Shown here one piece after another: positions 8,399 to 17,245 of a stretch of DNA of 64,000 bases. A program made the translations under genes and the position numbers. The notes beneath the pieces are model-generated. The model saw only the letters and a program-made list of their open reading frames with translations, made no database searches and was not told where the DNA came from. The DNA is from Thermoplasmata archaeon (lineage in GTDB: Archaea; Thermoplasmatota; Thermoplasmata; Lutacidiplasmatales; UBA184): positions 48,459 to 112,458 of the forward strand of contig JBKQUP010000037.1 of NCBI GenBank assembly GCA_052325545.1. Direction: 5' to 3'. Positions within the stretch are counted from its first letter, which is position 1. The number at the start of each line of letters is the position of its first letter.

Positions 8399-10363
8399 TC
8401 AGTGGGTGGGCTTGCGCAGTTCAGCCAGTTGGTCCAATAGCTCCTGGATCCGCGGATCGCTCCGGGCGGGTTGGTAGAACCGCGAGTACCTCAGTTCCAG
8501 GAGGGGCAGGGAATGTTCCCGGGAGGCCTCCTGCATGCACGCCACAAACGCATCCTGCTCGCCCAGGGCGAAATGAATGAACCCCGAGAAGAACGCGGGA
8601 AGCTCCCCGCTCCGGACCCGCGCGTCGAGACGCTCGAGGGAGCGGCGGGCCCCTTTCGTATCCCCCAGGCGGGCCGCGAGTATCCCCCGGAAGGTCTCCG
8701 TCCAGACGCTGTCGGGCCGCAATCGTTCCATCTCGAGGAGAATCTCTTGGACTTTGGCGTAGTTGCCGAGGCCGAGGTAGTATTCCGCGAGGTGGGAGTT
8801 GGTCCGGAACGGAATCAACGCCTTGGTCCGTTCCCAGTGGGCCAGCGCGTCGGTCTCTCTGCCCGCGTAGACGTACGCTCGTCCGAGGAAGGCGATGATG
8901 TTGACGTCGACCGGATTGATCTGCTGCGCCGCCTCGAGCAGCCGTACGGTCTCGTCGATCCGGCCGTCCCCGGCCGCGAGCTGCGCAAGCCACCGGTACG
9001 GGTCCGAGAGGCTGGGATTGAGCTCCATGGCACGGCGAGCCTCCCGTTCGGCGCCGGCGGGATCGTCTTCGCCGACCAAAAGGCCGGCGAGCACCGAATG
9101 TGCCTCCGCGAGGGCATCGTTCTGATCGAGCGCCTTCGCGAGCTCCGTGCGACACCGTTCAACCGATTCCTGAAGGGGGAGCGCGCCTTCGGCGCCGAGC
9201 CAGAGCGTGGCTTCGGCGACGCCGACGCGGGCACGCGCGAAGCCAGGGTCCCGGTCGACGGCCTTTTGAAACTGGGAGAGCGCTTCCCGGATCGTCGCTT
9301 CGGAGCCCTTCTCGCCGAACAGCTTCAGGCCGTGCAGGAAGTGAGTGTACGCGGTGATGTCCTGGGTGTCCTGCTGGACGTGAGCGACCGAGAGGGGTCG
9401 TGGGACCCCTCCTGCCGAAAGCCGCGCCGAGATGGCGCTGGTGATCTGTCCCGAGATGGCGTCCTGGATCGCGAAGATATCGTCGAGTTCCCGGTCGTAC
9501 CGGGAGGCCCAGAGATGCTCCTCGGAACGGGCATCGATGAGCTGAGCGGTGATCCGGATCCGGTTCCCCGCCTTTCGAACGCTGCATTCGACCACGGTCC
9601 CGACGTGGAGCGCACGACCGATCTCGAGCGCGGTCGCGTGGCTGTTCTTGTATGTCATGGCCGTCGTTCGGGCGACGACCCGGAGCCCGGAAACGCGCGC
9701 GAGCTTCTGGATCAGCTCCTCCGTCATTCCATCGGCAAAGTACTCGTCGGCGGGGTCAGGGCTGATGTTGACGAACGGGAGAACCGCGATCCGGCTCTTC
9801 TCTAGCGGAACCGGAACGCCAACGGTAGTGGCGGGCCCCTCGCCGGTCCAGGCCAAGTGGACCCGGTAGATGTCCATCGGGAACAGCACTCCCTTGAGCA
9901 CCTGCGGCTCCAGTTTTTCGAGCCGGTTCGAGATCTTGTTCCGAACTAGGCCGAACACCGGCTCGGAGATGCAGACACCTTCCGGGTCCGAAAGGGGTTC
10001 GATGCGGGAGGCGACATTGACAGAGTCCCCGAAGACATCGCCGGCCCGCTCTTCGACGTCCCCCAGGTGCACCCCGATACGCAGTCGGATGGGCGGCAGG
10101 TCCGGCCGCGAGTTGCGTTGGTGGAGATGTTCTTGGATGTCGAGCGCACATTCGACCGCCCTTAGGGCGCTGTCGAAGAGGACGAGGAATCCGTCGCCCG
10201 TAGACTTGATCTCGCGACCCTGGTGGGCGGAGAAGAGGGGCCGTACGATCGCCTCTTGCTCATCTCGGAGCCTCAGCGCCTCCGTCTCGTTGGCCTGAGC
10301 GGCGGCGGTGGAGCCGACCATGTCGGTGAACATGATCGCGGCGAGCCTTCGGACCGAAACCAC
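8399..10363 (-). CDS. Class III adenylate/guanylate cyclase domain protein with a TolB-N-like linker domain and C-terminal TPR repeats
   Basis: Cyclase motifs: AAIMFTDMVGST, STGDGFLVLF, RIGVHLGDV and GDSVNVASRIE. Then IAVLPFVNISPDPADEYFADGMTEELI. Then multiple 34-aa TPR-like units. GTG start. Confidence 0.8.
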   Translation of the reverse strand: MVSVRRLAAIMFTDMVGSTAAAQANETEALRLRDEQEAIVRPLFSAHQGREIKSTGDGFLVLFDSALRAVECALDIQEHLHQRNSRPDLPPIRLRIGVHLGDVEERAGDVFGDSVNVASRIEPLSDPEGVCISEPVFGLVRNKISNRLEKLEPQVLKGVLFPMDIYRVHLAWTGEGPATTVGVPVPLEKSRIAVLPFVNISPDPADEYFADGMTEELIQKLARVSGLRVVARTTAMTYKNSHATALEIGRALHVGTVVECSVRKAGNRIRITAQLIDARSEEHLWASRYDRELDDIFAIQDAISGQITSAISARLSAGGVPRPLSVAHVQQDTQDITAYTHFLHGLKLFGEKGSEATIREALSQFQKAVDRDPGFARARVGVAEATLWLGAEGALPLQESVERCRTELAKALDQNDALAEAHSVLAGLLVGEDDPAGAEREARRAMELNPSLSDPYRWLAQLAAGDGRIDETVRLLEAAQQINPVDVNIIAFLGRAYVYAGRETDALAHWERTKALIPFRTNSHLAEYYLGLGNYAKVQEILLEMERLRPDSVWTETFRGILAARLGDTKGARRSLERLDARVRSGELPAFFSGFIHFALGEQDAFVACMQEASREHSLPLLELRYSRFYQPARSDPRIQELLDQLAELRKPTH

Positions 10364-10435
10364 GGCGTGAAAACGGCTTCGGTTAGATTAAGTCGCCCCT
10401 GGTCCGGACGGACCATGAAGAGCCAGGCTTGCGGG

Positions 10436-11119
10436 TCAGCCTTCGAGCCGTCCGTACTGGAGGAGGCACCAGGCGAATCCGATCAGCCCCGCGGCGGCCA
10501 ACACCTCGGGAAACAACGGCGTCAACCGGCCCTCGACCAAGAACATGCTTCCGACACCCGCCGCGACCACACCGGCGAGGATCCCCGCCACGAGCGCCTG
10601 GGAGGCGCTTCGGGTGACGACTCCCGCCACGGAAGTGACCCCGCCAAGGAACATCAGCAGCCCGAGCACTCCGAGGGCCAGGTGCGCCGGTATCAGGATC
10701 GGGGCCGGGGCGGTGGGCGACGTGGAGACGAGGGTGGTGGCGAGCCAGTCGACCCCGAGGGCACCGACTCCGTAGACCATGAGAGTGCCTCCGACCACGA
10801 CCCCCAGCCGGCCGGCGAGGGCGCCGACCCGGGACTGCGGGAGCGTGAAGGTCAGGTAGTGGGTCCGCAGCGCGAGGTCCTCTCCGACGGCGAGCGCGGT
10901 CAGGTCGAGGACGACCAGCGACGCGAGGCCGGCGGTGATCAGGAGGCCGAGGACCTCGGCGGTGCCCGAGGATGGAACGCGGAGGTAGAGGTCCGCGATT
11001 CCGCTGCCGATCGGCCCGGCGATGACCGGGATCAGGAGTAGCCAGATCCGGCGGGACCGGCGGAGGCGAGTGACCTCCCACCGGGCGTTGTCGACCAGGG
11101 CCGCGACCTCTCCGCTCAC
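10436..11119 (-). CDS. ABC-2-type transporter permease
   Basis: 227 aa with about 6 hydrophobic segments. 4-nt start/stop overlap with the upstream ABC ATPase. Confidence 0.6.
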   Translation of the reverse strand: MSGEVAALVDNARWEVTRLRRSRRIWLLLIPVIAGPIGSGIADLYLRVPSSGTAEVLGLLITAGLASLVVLDLTALAVGEDLALRTHYLTFTLPQSRVGALAGRLGVVVGGTLMVYGVGALGVDWLATTLVSTSPTAPAPILIPAHLALGVLGLLMFLGGVTSVAGVVTRSASQALVAGILAGVVAAGVGSMFLVEGRLTPLFPEVLAAAGLIGFAWCLLQYGRLEG

Positions 11120-12063
11120 GTCGCGTCCTCCCGACCCACCCGCTCCAAGTATCGGCGCGCGAGGTCCGGCTCGGGCGGCGAGGCGCTCACGAGCGGCAGG
11201 CCCGCTCGGATCACGCGGGCCAGTAGCGCTGCCTGTTCTGCGTCCCCTCCCGAGAATCGTGCCGTCGCGAGACGGGGTCCTTCGACCGTGACTTCGAGCT
11301 CGGGCCCGGCCGCACGAGTCACGGATTCCGCGGCCACGTCCGACCCGAAGCTAAGTCGCAGGGCCCTTCGAGCGCCGCCGGTGCCCGGACCAAGCTCTAG
11401 GTTGACCGGCTCGTCTCCCACGAGGATTCCGCTCCGCAGGAACAGCACCCGGCCGCAGACTTCCTGCACGTCCTCGATCAAGTGAGTCGAGAGCAGGAGC
11501 GTTAGCCCGCTCCGGGAAAGGATGCGAAGCACGTCCCTCAGATCGTGTCGGGCGGCCGGGTCGAGACCGAGGGTCGGTTCGTCCAGGAGCAGGACCTCGG
11601 GGTCACCGACCAGGGCCGCGCCGAGGAGCATCCGCCGCGCGAGGCCGGTGGACAGCGACCCGAACGGACGACCGAGATGCTCGGCCACCTTCATCGCTTC
11701 CGCTCCGTGGCGGGCGGCGGCCCGGCGCTCTCGGGCGGGGACTCCCTTCACTCGGGCCACATACTCCAGGAGGTCGGCTCCCGTGATGTATGGCGGGACG
11801 CCCGGGGTTTCCACGAGCGCTCCAATTCGTCGGAGGGCCCGGGTCCGGTCCCGGTAGGGGTCAAGGCCTTTGACCCGCACCGAGCCCTGGGTGGGGCGGG
11901 AAAGCCCGGCCAGCAACTTGAGGGTGGTCGTCTTGCCGGCGCCGTTCGGTCCGAGGTACCCGACCGCTTCTCCACTCTGGAGCGAGAAGCGAACGTCCCG
12001 CAGGGCGTCGTGGTCCCCGTACCGCTTCCAGACCGCGTCGACCGTCAGGACATCCGAAGGCAC
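11116..12063 (-). CDS. ABC transporter ATP-binding protein
   Basis: Walker A GPNGAGKTT, signature LSTGLARR, Walker B LLLLDEPTLGLD. Confidence 0.9.
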   Translation of the reverse strand: MPSDVLTVDAVWKRYGDHDALRDVRFSLQSGEAVGYLGPNGAGKTTTLKLLAGLSRPTQGSVRVKGLDPYRDRTRALRRIGALVETPGVPPYITGADLLEYVARVKGVPARERRAAARHGAEAMKVAEHLGRPFGSLSTGLARRMLLGAALVGDPEVLLLDEPTLGLDPAARHDLRDVLRILSRSGLTLLLSTHLIEDVQEVCGRVLFLRSGILVGDEPVNLELGPGTGGARRALRLSFGSDVAAESVTRAAGPELEVTVEGPRLATARFSGGDAEQAALLARVIRAGLPLVSASPPEPDLARRYLERVGREDAT

Positions 12064-12123
12064 GCGGAGTTCGAGCGGGAGAGGGGAATATCATCCTCGC
12101 GGTCGATGCGCCAGTGATTACCC

Positions 12124-12156
12124 GAAAGGGACGCGAGCTCGCGCGCGCGTCCTTTC
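12124..12156 (-). terminator. Imperfect GC-rich hairpin downstream of ppdK
   Basis: GAAAGGGACGCG ... CGCGTCCTTTC pairs with one bulge, 23 nt beyond the ppdK stop. Terminator role is inferred only. Confidence 0.2.
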
Positions 12157-12178
12157 GAGGGTTCGGTCGAGTTCGGGG

Positions 12179-14827
12179 TCACACCGAAGAAGAGGCCCGC
12201 TCCCCTTTGAGCGCGGCCTGCGCCGCCGCCAGCCGGGCCACCGGTATCCGGAATCCCGAGCAGCTGACATAGTTCAGTCCGACGCGATGGAAGAAGTCGA
12301 TGCTTCTCGGGTCGCCCCCGTGCTCCCCACAGATGCCGACCTCGAGGTTCGGCTTGGTCTTCCTCCCTTCTTCCACGGCGAGGGCGACGAGTCTACCTAC
12401 GCCCTTCGTATCCAAGACCTCGAACGGGCTTTCGGGCAGGATCTTCTCCTCGAGGTACTTCGCCATGAACTTCGCCTCCATGTCGTCCCGACTGAAGGCG
12501 AACGTCGCCTGCGTCAGGTCGTTCGTCCCGAAGGAGAAGAAGTCGGCGTCCGCGGCGATCTCTCCCGCGGTCAGGGCGGCCCGAGGGGTCTCGATCATCG
12601 TGCCCACCTTGTACTCGAGGCTCTCGCCCAGCTCCGCGAGCGTCCTCTTCGCGGCGGTGTCGATCACCCCTTTCAACAGGATCAGCTCCTCCTTGCCACT
12701 CACCAGGGGGAGCATGATGCCGACCTGGATCGTCTCGCCTTCCTCCGCCCGCACCTGCACGGCGGCCCGGACGATGGCCTCCACCTGGACGTCGTAGATG
12801 ACCGGATACGTCACCGCAAGCCGGCAGCCGCGATGCCCGAGCATCGGATTGTGTTCGGTCAGCTGCCCGAGCTTCCCCAACATCCTCTCCCAACGATGGA
12901 TCTCCGGAGGCCACGCCCCGCGCTTCCAGAGGGCGTCGATCTCTTCCAGCACCTTCTCCCGTTCGGGGAGGAACTCGTGGAGCGGCAGGTCGAGCAGCCG
13001 CACGACGACCGGCAGTCCTTTCATCGCTCGGAAGATCCCGAGGAAATCGTTCAGCTGGAAGGGGACGAGTCTTCGGAGCGAGTTGCTCCTCTCCTCGTTG
13101 GTCTCGGAGAGGATCATCTCCTGCATGATCTTCAGCCGGTCCGGCGCGTTGAACATCCTCTCGGTCCGGCAGAGACCGATCCCTTCGGCGTGGAACTCCC
13201 GCGCCCGGGTCGCGGCCTCGGGGGTGTCCGCGTTGGCGTACACCCCCAGGGTCCGGATGTCGTCCGCCCACTCAAGGAGCTTTCCGAACTCGGGCGTGAT
13301 CTGCGGCTCGACCGTCGGCACCTCACCGAGCATCACGTTGCCGGTCGTGCCGTCGATGGTGATGAGGTCCCCCGTCTTCACGATCGTACCGCCCTCGATC
13401 TCAAAGAACCCATCCGCCGGATGCACTCGGAGGGTGCTGCAACCCACCACCGCGGGCTTCCCCATCCCTCTCGCGACGACCGCAGCATGCGACGTCATCC
13501 CTCCCCGGGCGGTCAATACGCCCTGGGCGGCGATGATGCCCCGTATGTCGTCGGGCGTCGTCTCGGGCCGGACGAGAATGATCTTCTCCCCCTTCGCTCC
13601 CCGCGCGGCCGCCTCCGAGGTGGCCAGGACCACGATCCCGGAGACGGCTCCGGGGGAGGCGTTCAACCCCTTCGCGACGGGCTTGACCTTGACGGAGGGG
13701 TCGATCGTTCGGTGGAGCAATCGGTCTAAGTCCGCCGGGTCCAGCCGTCCCACGGCTTCGGCCTTCGTGATCAGCCCTTCGTTCGCCATCTCGTAGGCGA
13801 TCCGGACGGCGGCCGTCGCGGTCCGCTTGCCGGTCCGGGTCTGGAGCATGAACAGCTTCCCGTGCTCCACGGTGAACTCGAAGTCCTGCATGTCCCGGAA
13901 GTGGCCCTCGAGCTTCGCCGCCACGCTCTCGAGCTGGGACCGGAGCGAGCTGTCGATCGAATCGATGGGGACCGGCGTCCTTGTCCCGGACACCACGTCC
14001 TCGCCCTGGGCATCCCCCAGATACTCCCCGAAGAGCCGCTTTCTTCCGGTCGAGGGGTCGCGGGTGAAGCCGACCCCAGAACCCGAGCTCTTTCCCATGT
14101 TCCCGAAGACCATCGTTTGAATGTTGACGGCGGTCCCGAGTTCGTCGGAGATCTTGTAGAAACGTCGGTACTCCTGGGCCCTCGGGTTCTCCCACGACCG
14201 GAAGACCGCGTTCACCGCCCCCTCGAGCTGCTGCCACGGGTCCTGGGGGAACGGGGTGCCGGTCTTTTCCAGGACCAGGTCCTTGAAGGCCCGTACGACC
14301 TCCGCCATCTCGTGGGCGGGTATCTCCGGATCTTGGCTGACCCCGAGCTTCTTCTTCCGCTGGTCGAGGAGAGCCTCGAACTCTTCGCCCGGAACGCCCA
14401 CCACGATCCGGCCGTACATCTGGATCAGACGACGGTACGCGTCCATCGCAAAGCGCCGGTCGTTCGTCAGGGCCGCCATCCTTTCGGCCACGCTATCGGT
14501 CAGGCCGAGATTCAGGATCGAGTCCAGCATTCCCGGCATGGAGAACGGACCTCCGGACCGAACCGACAGAAGAAGCGGCGCTTCGGCGCCGCCGAGCTTC
14601 TTGCCGGTCTTCGTCTCCAGCTCAGCCAGCTTCGACCGGATCTCGCTGAAGAGCCCGCGGGGAACCGTCCCGCTCCGGAGGTACTCCCGGCACGCATCGG
14701 TTGTTACGACCAGGCCCGGCGGGACCGGAAGGCCGATCGAGGTCATCTCCGCCAGCCCGAACCCTTTGCCGCCGAGCGCGAACTTGTCGAGCCCTTTGGC
14801 TTCCTCGAAGAGGTAAACGAACGCCAT
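12179..14827 (-). CDS. ppdK: Pyruvate, phosphate dikinase
   Basis: 882 aa. N-terminal LGGKGFGLAEMTSIGLPVPPG, phospho-His loop GGMTSHAAVVARGMGKP, C-terminal ICGEHGGDP. Confidence 0.95.
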   Translation of the reverse strand: MAFVYLFEEAKGLDKFALGGKGFGLAEMTSIGLPVPPGLVVTTDACREYLRSGTVPRGLFSEIRSKLAELETKTGKKLGGAEAPLLLSVRSGGPFSMPGMLDSILNLGLTDSVAERMAALTNDRRFAMDAYRRLIQMYGRIVVGVPGEEFEALLDQRKKKLGVSQDPEIPAHEMAEVVRAFKDLVLEKTGTPFPQDPWQQLEGAVNAVFRSWENPRAQEYRRFYKISDELGTAVNIQTMVFGNMGKSSGSGVGFTRDPSTGRKRLFGEYLGDAQGEDVVSGTRTPVPIDSIDSSLRSQLESVAAKLEGHFRDMQDFEFTVEHGKLFMLQTRTGKRTATAAVRIAYEMANEGLITKAEAVGRLDPADLDRLLHRTIDPSVKVKPVAKGLNASPGAVSGIVVLATSEAAARGAKGEKIILVRPETTPDDIRGIIAAQGVLTARGGMTSHAAVVARGMGKPAVVGCSTLRVHPADGFFEIEGGTIVKTGDLITIDGTTGNVMLGEVPTVEPQITPEFGKLLEWADDIRTLGVYANADTPEAATRAREFHAEGIGLCRTERMFNAPDRLKIMQEMILSETNEERSNSLRRLVPFQLNDFLGIFRAMKGLPVVVRLLDLPLHEFLPEREKVLEEIDALWKRGAWPPEIHRWERMLGKLGQLTEHNPMLGHRGCRLAVTYPVIYDVQVEAIVRAAVQVRAEEGETIQVGIMLPLVSGKEELILLKGVIDTAAKRTLAELGESLEYKVGTMIETPRAALTAGEIAADADFFSFGTNDLTQATFAFSRDDMEAKFMAKYLEEKILPESPFEVLDTKGVGRLVALAVEEGRKTKPNLEVGICGEHGGDPRSIDFFHRVGLNYVSCSGFRIPVARLAAAQAALKGERASSSV

Positions 14828-14988
14828 TGTGACTCAACGCTCCCCGAGTTGATAGGTATTCACGTTATTGGTTAGGCGGACGGGGCACTAAAGGCCGGGC
14901 CGCACCACCTGGCACCGCATCGGGGATCCCGGTCGGTCGGCGGACGGGCGCGATCCGCCAGCGGCAAACCATTTCCGATGCTCGCGGA

Positions 14989-15459
14989 ATGGGAGGGCGC
15001 GGTCAGCTGACCATGGACACTCCCTTCGCGGCGAAGGAGCGCGAAAGACGGGACCAGATGTGGGAGCAACTGGACACCCGGGCGAACCCGGACGATGCCC
15101 TGCCGCGGTTCTTGGCCGAGCTCCGAATATACCGAGGCCAGGACCGAACGTGGGCGGACCAATCGAACACCTCCGACGAGTTCTCTCCCCACGGCGTAAC
15201 GGTATCGATCATTCACACCGGCAAACGGTACAACGACGAGCTGCGTTCGGATGGATTGACGTACCAATTCCCAGCCACCAGCCGCCCCGGTCATGACGAG
15301 GCAGAGATTGCAGCGGCGAAGCGAGCGATGGAGCTCGATCTCCCCGTGTTCGTGATCACCCCGGGGATCACTCCAAAGGGCCGGCAGGTCCGCCGTGGGA
15401 ACATCACGAGGTGCGACGAGAGCGCGCGCTCCGTGGAGATCCGGTTCCAGTCTGCGTGA
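14989..15459 (+). CDS. Hypothetical protein. Pattern-level resemblance to SRA/YDG-type (PUA-fold) modified-base reader domains
   Basis: 156 aa. VSIIHTGKRYNDELRSDGLTYQFPATSRPG followed by AAKRAMELDLPVFVI resembles SIVxSGxYxDDxDxGdxlxYTGxGG ... NxALxxxxxxxxPVRVI. No nuclease motif seen. CDS call is moderate; the functional call is weak. Confidence 0.45.
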   Translation: MGGRGQLTMDTPFAAKERERRDQMWEQLDTRANPDDALPRFLAELRIYRGQDRTWADQSNTSDEFSPHGVTVSIIHTGKRYNDELRSDGLTYQFPATSRPGHDEAEIAAAKRAMELDLPVFVITPGITPKGRQVRRGNITRCDESARSVEIRFQSA

Positions 15460-15664
15460 TGTCGTCCGAGGCCTCGGGCACGGTGGGCGACCCGGCCCTC
15501 GCGTAGTGATTCGGAATCGTACTCGAGTCGGCGGGCAGCTCCCCCTCCCGAATGTCTAACATAAAAAGACAGGAACGCCAGCAATCTCGCGCCCGGTCTG
15601 TCTGTCCTCGGCGCCGGGGCGAGAGTTCCGCTCTCCGTCGGAATTCGCGAACCGACTTCGCCGG

Positions 15665-15674
15665 TTTTAAGTAA
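15665..15674 (+). promoter_or_regulatory. TATA-box-like element (TTTTAAGTAA) 24-33 nt upstream of the ATG at 15698
   Basis: Isolated AT-rich octamer in GC-rich DNA. The spacing is consistent with a leaderless or short-leader archaeal transcript. Confidence 0.35.
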
Positions 15675-15697
15675 CCCACGGGTCGTCCCGCCGCGCC

Positions 15698-16138
15698 ATG
15701 GGAGGAGAGACGCCGTCCGAACTCCTGGACAAATTGATCGCGGACCTGGGCGACTGGCGAGGCCAACGGATCGCGCGGATCCGTCAGCTCATGCACGAAG
15801 TCGACCCCGAGATGGTCCTGGAATGGAAGTGGATGGGGACTCCCGTCTGGTACCACGACGGGATGGTCGCGCTCGTCAATCCCCATACTGGGAAGGTGAA
15901 GCTGACCTTCTCCCACGGGGCCAAGCTGTCGGACCCGGCCAAAGTGTTCAACGCGGGCCTGGGGGGAAATGAATGGCGAGCGGTGGACATCTTCGAGAAC
16001 GACGTCCTGAACGAGAAGGCTCTGAAGGAGCTGGTTCGGGCCGCGGTGGCCTTCAATCAAGCCAAGATGGCCGAACGGGGAGGGGCGACGTCCAAGAAGG
16101 CGGCGAAACCCGCCCCGAGGAAACCCCGGCGGGGTTAA
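15698..16138 (+). CDS. DUF1801 (YdhG-like) domain protein
   Basis: LGDWRGQRIARIRQLMHEVDPEMVLEWKWMGTPVWYHDGMVALVNPHTGKVKLTFSHG is the typical DUF1801 pattern. Lys/Pro-rich tail. Confidence 0.65.
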   Translation: MGGETPSELLDKLIADLGDWRGQRIARIRQLMHEVDPEMVLEWKWMGTPVWYHDGMVALVNPHTGKVKLTFSHGAKLSDPAKVFNAGLGGNEWRAVDIFENDVLNEKALKELVRAAVAFNQAKMAERGGATSKKAAKPAPRKPRRG

Positions 16139-16278
16139 TTCGGGACATCCGCCCGCTCGGGAAGAGCCACCGCGCCCAGTCCACCCTCGGCGCACGAGGA
16201 GACGACCGTGCGTGAACCCGACGGCTACGCTTCGGCGGAGCGGTGCCGGACCAGAGTGTCATGGAAGTGGAATGCCCC

Positions 16279-16294
16279 CCGATGTTTGCCAAAA
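16279..16294 (+). repeat. Dispersed intergenic motif M1, copy A (CCGATGTTTGCCAAAA)
   Basis: Aligns with copies at 18396 and 20211. Flanks are also similar: GGAAGTGGAATGCCCCCC upstream and GGGGCAG downstream. Lies between convergent stop codons. Confidence 0.55.
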
Positions 16295-16434
16295 GGGGCA
16301 GAACGCCCCCGACAATTCAAACCCCTGGCTTTCCCGGCCTCGCGCGGCATTCGGACACCCAAATCCCTGCGGACCCCTGGGTCCGAAGCCGGGGCACGCG
16401 AGAGGAGCGCTGTTCAGAGGGCCGCGTTCGCGGG

Positions 16435-17244
16435 TCAGCCGCCGACCACGGAGTGGGGCGCCCCGCAGGACCGACAGAAGAGGAAGCCCGCGGCGTTCGC
16501 ATGGCCGCACCGGTCACAGAAGACGTCCGCTCCCGAGCCAAGGCTCGGCTCCGCTGTAGGATTTGGGGTAGGGGCCGCAGCGAAGGCGGACGGCAGGGCC
16601 GGCGTGGGTGCCGTAAAGAAGCCGGGTCCCGACGGGCCCCACGTGGTGCCCGGCGCTAAGGCCCGCCAACACACCACGGTCGGCCGGTCGCGGAGGACGC
16701 CGTTCACCGAGACGAGCAGCGCCCGGTCCGGGTAGAACGCGGCCACGCGCCGGTTGGCGACCGGCCGCAGTCCGAGGGCGAGGGAGAGGCGCTGGGGCGG
16801 GCCCATCACGAGGTCCGTCGTGCGACCCGTGGGGAGCTGCAGGAGCAGCGAGCCCACCTGGAGCTCGGTAAACCCCGGCGGTGCGTTCGCGGAGGGAACG
16901 AGGGTCCCCGATGGGTCGACCACCTGACCGGCCTCGAGAGCGAAACGGACGTCTCGGACCATTCCGGCTCCGGCGGCCGTGCATCCGGCCGATAGAATTC
17001 CCACGATGAGGATCTCCCAAGGGATCACGTTGGGGTCGTACGGGAAACCGACGAACCACGTCAAGGTCAGGACCACTGCGCCGAGGCCGAACAAGATCCC
17101 GACGACTCGGAGCACCCGAGCGCCCGGCGATCGGAAGCGTCGGAGGAGATACGCGAATTCCTCCGGGCTCAAGCTCCGGGTCGGAAGGCCGATGGACGTC
17201 GCGGTCGCAGCGCCGGCCCGCCCCGCGCGGCTGGACTTCTGCAT
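16435..17244 (-). CDS. Membrane protein with two TM helices and a C-terminal zinc ribbon
   Basis: VVGILFGLGAVVLTLTWFVG and WEILIVGILSAGCTAAGAG hydrophobic segments. C-terminal FCDRCGHANAAGFLFCRSCGAP. The ATG lies 1 nt after the stop of the upstream gene. Confidence 0.6.
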   Translation of the reverse strand: MQKSSRAGRAGAATATSIGLPTRSLSPEEFAYLLRRFRSPGARVLRVVGILFGLGAVVLTLTWFVGFPYDPNVIPWEILIVGILSAGCTAAGAGMVRDVRFALEAGQVVDPSGTLVPSANAPPGFTELQVGSLLLQLPTGRTTDLVMGPPQRLSLALGLRPVANRRVAAFYPDRALLVSVNGVLRDRPTVVCWRALAPGTTWGPSGPGFFTAPTPALPSAFAAAPTPNPTAEPSLGSGADVFCDRCGHANAAGFLFCRSCGAPHSVVGG

Positions 17245-17245
17245 C

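Noticed and set aside
11870-13729. 619-aa plus-strand ORF
   Set aside because: It is antisense to the ABC ATPase and ppdK, both of which have unambiguous motifs. Its composition is Arg/Pro/Gly-dominated.
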